Below, one piece after another: positions 55,070 to 58,220 of a stretch of DNA of 58,220 nt. How positions within the stretch are numbered: the first letter of the stretch is position 1; the number at the start of each line of letters is the position of its first letter. The position numbers and the translations under genes are program-made. The stretch covers positions 1-58,220 of the IMG/VR virus record IMGVR_UViG_3300036820_000022; one strand, 5' to 3'. The notes under the pieces are model-generated. The model searched no databases. It saw only the letters and a list, made by a program, of their open reading frames with translations, and was not told where the DNA came from. This stretch comes from a virus (taxonomy: Duplodnaviria; Caudoviricetes).

Positions 55070-55390
55070 ATGGGTCCATACGAAGCGATACTCCAGGGGA
55101 TTCTGCAGCAGACCCTCTCGGTGCCATGGAATAGCGGTCTCATTACCGTGTTCGTCCTCTTTGCCTGGGGCTGGGCGATTTCGGTCGGCGTTCGGGGCGC
55201 CAACACGTTTCCGAGCGTCCACTTCGTCGGGAGTCTGCTTTTCGGGGCGATGGTGATCCGCTACGCGCAGTCGTACGTCGTGTACCACAAAGGGTTGGCC
55301 GAAGGCGCGTGGCCAGCTGCGTTCACCCTCGCGCTCGTTATCGGCGTCGCCTGCGCGCGGCGAAATTCTCATGTTTCAAAGAGCGATTAG
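55070..55390 (+). CDS. 3-TM membrane protein (holin-like candidate)
   Basis: Three hydrophobic segments; in the lysis region. Confidence 0.6.
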   Translation: MGPYEAILQGILQQTLSVPWNSGLITVFVLFAWGWAISVGVRGANTFPSVHFVGSLLFGAMVIRYAQSYVVYHKGLAEGAWPAAFTLALVIGVACARRNSHVSKSD

Positions 55391-55400
55391 GGCCGACCCC

Positions 55401-55823
55401 GTGAACGCTGCCCTCTCGCTCTTCCTGCAGCAGCTCGGGATGACGATAACCATCCTGGGCGCGGTCATTACCCTCGCCCGGCGCCGCGAGATCGCCGTCT
55501 TTTTCTCGACGCACGCCCAGAAGGCGCGCCAAATCCAGCGCCTTGAGGCCGAGAACGCCGAGCTGCGAAGCTCGCTGGCTGGCTCGGTGCTCGCCAACGA
55601 AGGCTTCCAGAACCGGATCAGCCAGCTCGCCGACCGCGTCGACGCCTTCGAGCAGACCCAGGAATCGATTGCGAGCGATTTCAAGACGCTCACCGCCAAG
55701 TTTACTGCGGGGATCGCGTACATCGCGACCGAGCTCGCGCACGGCGACACAAGCCGGCTGCCCGCGCTCATCCGCGACGACGTCGTCGTCGAGATTCAGC
55801 GCCAGGCCAGGTCCCCACGGTGA
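55401..55823 (+). CDS. N-terminal TM + coiled-coil protein (lysis accessory)
   Basis: Hydrophobic N-terminus, then heptads IQRLEAENAELR. Confidence 0.6.
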   Translation: MNAALSLFLQQLGMTITILGAVITLARRREIAVFFSTHAQKARQIQRLEAENAELRSSLAGSVLANEGFQNRISQLADRVDAFEQTQESIASDFKTLTAKFTAGIAYIATELAHGDTSRLPALIRDDVVVEIQRQARSPR

Positions 55824-55824
55824 C

Positions 55825-56031
55825 ATGCTGCGCCTCTACCGTTCGCTGCCCGACGCCCTTCGTGACGGCTGGGCCGTGTACGACCGGTGGAACCAAGGCG
55901 TCGTGCTGACCCAGCGCATCGAAGGCAAGACCGAGGTCGCGCTGATCGATTTCCTCGGCGCGCCGCTGCCGAAGTACGATCCGGCGAGCGTCGACGCGAT
56001 CGTGACCGGCGGCGTCGATCCGGAGTGCTGA
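55825..56031 (+). CDS. Small hypothetical protein
   Basis: Fills the gap; GC3-biased codons. Confidence 0.5.
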   Translation: MLRLYRSLPDALRDGWAVYDRWNQGVVLTQRIEGKTEVALIDFLGAPLPKYDPASVDAIVTGGVDPEC

Positions 56032-56124
56032 GCTACTGGTTTTCCAACATCAAATGATGTAGCAAAATCGGTAGCCGAGGACACCCTCGGCTTAGCCCCG
56101 CGGCCCCGCAAAAAAGCGGGGGGC

Positions 56125-56625
56125 ATGGACAATGGGATCGCGATCAATCCGGGCAGAGAGGCGACTTTTTGGAGTAGGGTCCGCCGCGACCCACTCGGCT
56201 GCTGGGAGTGGACCGGGCCCGTTAACAGTTCCGGGTATGGCGCCCAAGGCGATATCGCCTATTTCACTCGCGGCGCGCCGTGGAGAGGCGCTCATCAAAT
56301 CGCATGGCGCTCAGCCTTCGGCGCGATACCGCCGGGACTAAACGTTCTCCACCACTGCGACAATCGCAGATGCGTTAGGCCGTCGCATTTGTGGCTCGGC
56401 ACTCAAAAAGAAAACGTGGCCGATTGCGCGACTAAGGGCCGCGCGAACAAGACGGGGCCTAAGGGCGAGATGGCTCCAAAGCACAAGCTCACCGCTTCGC
56501 AAGTCCTGGAAATCCGCCATCGTTTTGCCTCGGGCGAGCACTACGCGTCGATCGCTAGCGCCTACGGCGTCCACTACTCGACGGTCTATCACGTCGCCCG
56601 TAAGGCAACCTGGAGCTGGTTATGA
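56125..56625 (+). CDS. HNH endonuclease (HNH_3 / I-HmuI-like) with C-terminal HTH
   Basis: CWEWTG....GYG, VLHHCDNRRCVRPSHLWLGTQKEN, KLT..QV.EIR; GGACAC at 56079, 46 nt upstream. Confidence 0.9.
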   Translation: MDNGIAINPGREATFWSRVRRDPLGCWEWTGPVNSSGYGAQGDIAYFTRGAPWRGAHQIAWRSAFGAIPPGLNVLHHCDNRRCVRPSHLWLGTQKENVADCATKGRANKTGPKGEMAPKHKLTASQVLEIRHRFASGEHYASIASAYGVHYSTVYHVARKATWSWL

Positions 56626-57251
56626 TTTACGGTTGCGACGTAAGTTACAGCCAGGGCCTTCCCCGTTGGGATGAGGCAGTTAAGAGCGGCCGCGTGCAGT
56701 TCGTTTTCAACCGGGCCTGCTACGGCACGAACCCTGCCGACGACGACGGCGCGAGCTTCGTCCACAACCACGATGCGCTCAAGCGCCTCGGAATTCCGAT
56801 GGGTGCCTACCAGTTCTATCTCTTCGGCCAAGACGGCGCGGCGCAGGCGCAGCACTTTCTGGAGGCCGCCGACGGCCGCTACGGCACGCTGTTCCCGGTC
56901 ATCGACGTCGAGGAAGAGAGCGCCGCGCAAGGCAACGGCGGCACCGTCGAAGAGCGCATCGCCAACCTCGCCGCGTACAGCGCCGCGATCGAAAAGGGCC
57001 TGGGCTGCAAGCCGATCATCTACACGAATTCCGATTCGTGGAGCACGTACTTCGGGGACACCGACGGCTTCGCGGGTCATCTGCTTTGGGTCGCCTCGTG
57101 GGGCTCACCCGGCAAGATCGCGCTGCCCGGCGGATTCAGGAGCGCCCAGCTTCAGCAGTACGCCGACGACGGGTGCATCGATGGCTTCAACGGCAACGTG
57201 GACCTCGATTGCCTCCTCGGCCCGACGACGATTGCCGATCTGACGCGATGA
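56622..57251 (+). CDS. Endolysin, GH25 muramidase
   Basis: GCDVSYSQG, GAYQF, PVIDVEE, IIYT, LWVASW, QQY..G...G..GNVDLD. Confidence 0.93.
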   Translation: MIYGCDVSYSQGLPRWDEAVKSGRVQFVFNRACYGTNPADDDGASFVHNHDALKRLGIPMGAYQFYLFGQDGAAQAQHFLEAADGRYGTLFPVIDVEEESAAQGNGGTVEERIANLAAYSAAIEKGLGCKPIIYTNSDSWSTYFGDTDGFAGHLLWVASWGSPGKIALPGGFRSAQLQQYADDGCIDGFNGNVDLDCLLGPTTIADLTR

Positions 57252-57481
57252 TCCCAAAGCTCCGCGCAGCGCTCGTTCCGCTCAACCGGCACAGCGTTGG
57301 GTGGGGCGGCTTCGCACTGGCGACCGTCGGCATCATCGCGCCCTCGAGCATCGATCTACTCTTCCCGCACTTCGATCCGGCCTTCCGCGCATCGCTGCAC
57401 GAGTGGGGCCGGCTCGCTGCGCAGTTCGGCGTCGCCGCGGCGTTCATCGGGCGCGCGCCGCAGATCAGCGGCAGTCCGTAA
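57248..57481 (+). CDS. Holin-like 2-TM protein
   Basis: ATGA overlap with the endolysin; two hydrophobic segments. Confidence 0.55.
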   Translation: MIPKLRAALVPLNRHSVGWGGFALATVGIIAPSSIDLLFPHFDPAFRASLHEWGRLAAQFGVAAAFIGRAPQISGSP

Positions 57482-57580
57482 CGGACACGGGAGCCTCGTT
57501 CGCCTTCCTCCGAGGCAAAAGCCAGCGGTGCGCGCCGGGTAGCGCCCGGCATCCTACCTCATAGCTAGCTTGGAGGACAC

Positions 57581-57910
57581 ATGACACCGCAAACTTCGCC
57601 CACGCCGCAGACGTTCTTCGGCGAGAACCTTCTCGGTGGCTTGATGATCACGGCGGCGGCCGCGCTCTCAGCCAACGAGCAAACAATCCTCACCGATCTC
57701 GGCGGCTTCACGCCGAAAATCGAATCGGGGATGCTGACGATCGAAGAGGACCTTGAGAACAAGCTGAACCCGATTCTGAAAGGAATCGTCACCAGCGGCT
57801 TCGCGATGCTCAATCCGATCATCGAGGGCGAGCTTCCGACCGGCGAGCAAGACGGTCTCGCGTGGTTGATCAGCGAGCTCAGCGCCGAGGGCAAAAAGCT
57901 CCAGGGCTGA
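57581..57910 (+). CDS. Hypothetical protein (last phage gene)
   Basis: GGAGG RBS; preceded by a GGACAC element at 57483 and a GC hairpin. Confidence 0.7.
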   Translation: MTPQTSPTPQTFFGENLLGGLMITAAAALSANEQTILTDLGGFTPKIESGMLTIEEDLENKLNPILKGIVTSGFAMLNPIIEGELPTGEQDGLAWLISELSAEGKKLQG

Positions 57911-57927
57911 CGCAAGCCTAAGATCGG

Positions 57928-57957
57928 AAAGGGAGATCGCCGACGCGGTCTCCTTTT
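57928..57957 (+). terminator. Intrinsic terminator at right prophage end
   Basis: AAAGGGAGATCGC/GCGGTCTCCTTTT stem with T-tract. Confidence 0.7.
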
Positions 57958-58000
57958 GCGTTCGCGGCTGCCCGGGAGGTAGCCGTAAAAAATGGAGCAA

Positions 58001-58015
58001 CCGTGGGGCAGTAGC
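58001..58015 (+). repeat. Putative integrase arm-type site
   Basis: CCGTGGGGCAGTAGC matches the 186..212 motifs. Confidence 0.65.
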
Positions 58016-58093
58016 AACGGAGCGGGCGCATTTAGTGGAAGTGGTGGAGCACGATTCTCCTCGTAACGCCGAGCTCAAGCACGAATAACGTGC

Positions 58094-58140
58094 GCCTTCC
58101 AAGCAAGAGTCGCGGGTTCGATTCCCGCCGCCCGCTCCAG
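58094..58140 (+). repeat. attR core (47 bp)
   Basis: Identical to 81..127. Confidence 0.97.
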
Positions 58141-58220
58141 CCTTTTCCGGCCTACCGTTAACGTCTAACCTCTCCAAAAGGGAGGGGGCGCTGCCCCTCG
58201 AACCGGCCTAGCCGAAACCC

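Larger units (their letters stand above)
81..58140. mobile_element. Complete temperate prophage (siphovirus-like)
   Basis: Flanked by identical 47-bp repeats; contains integrase, switch, replication, packaging, head, tail (tube + tape measure, no sheath recognised) and lysis modules. Confidence 0.96.

Noticed and set aside
56104-56124. Hairpin CCCCGC-AAAAAA-GCGGGG before the HNH start as a T4-type translational repressor
   Set aside because: Plausible, but no SD lies within it and the GGACAC spacing suggests a leaderless start; insufficient evidence.
58094-58139. Second tRNA-Gly gene
   Set aside because: Only the 3' half is present; it is the att duplication.

Overview
The window is almost entirely one apparently complete ~58 kb siphovirus-type temperate prophage (81..58140). 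It is integrated at the 3' half of a tRNA-Gly(TCC) gene that follows a tRNA-Tyr-like fragment, and is bounded by an exact 47-bp att duplication. Gene order: tyrosine integrase, cI/cro switch, xis; YqaJ recombination, DnaQ exonuclease, rep + DnaC; two DNA methyltransferases, Gp37/Gp68 radical SAM, RusA and many small genes; terS/terL, portal, protease, capsid, neck and tail; a reversed glycosyltransferase moron; and a lysis cassette with a GH25 endolysin. Most unusual: (1) an intein in the MuF head protein whose HTH + DUF559/Vsr-like endonuclease is encoded on the opposite strand while the sense frame stays open; (2) a phage-encoded RNA polymerase omega (RpoZ) homologue; (3) a GGACAC motif 46-48 nt upstream of the ATG of seven SD-less late genes, suggesting phage-specific leaderless promoters. 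Also notable: a LexA-like box in front of a small ORF antisense to cI, a repeated GTAACACNTGTTAC palindrome, a parS-like site, an orphan QueC-like gene, GroES and a secreted polysaccharide lyase. All calls come from reading motifs by eye; no database searches were run and the host taxon is not established.
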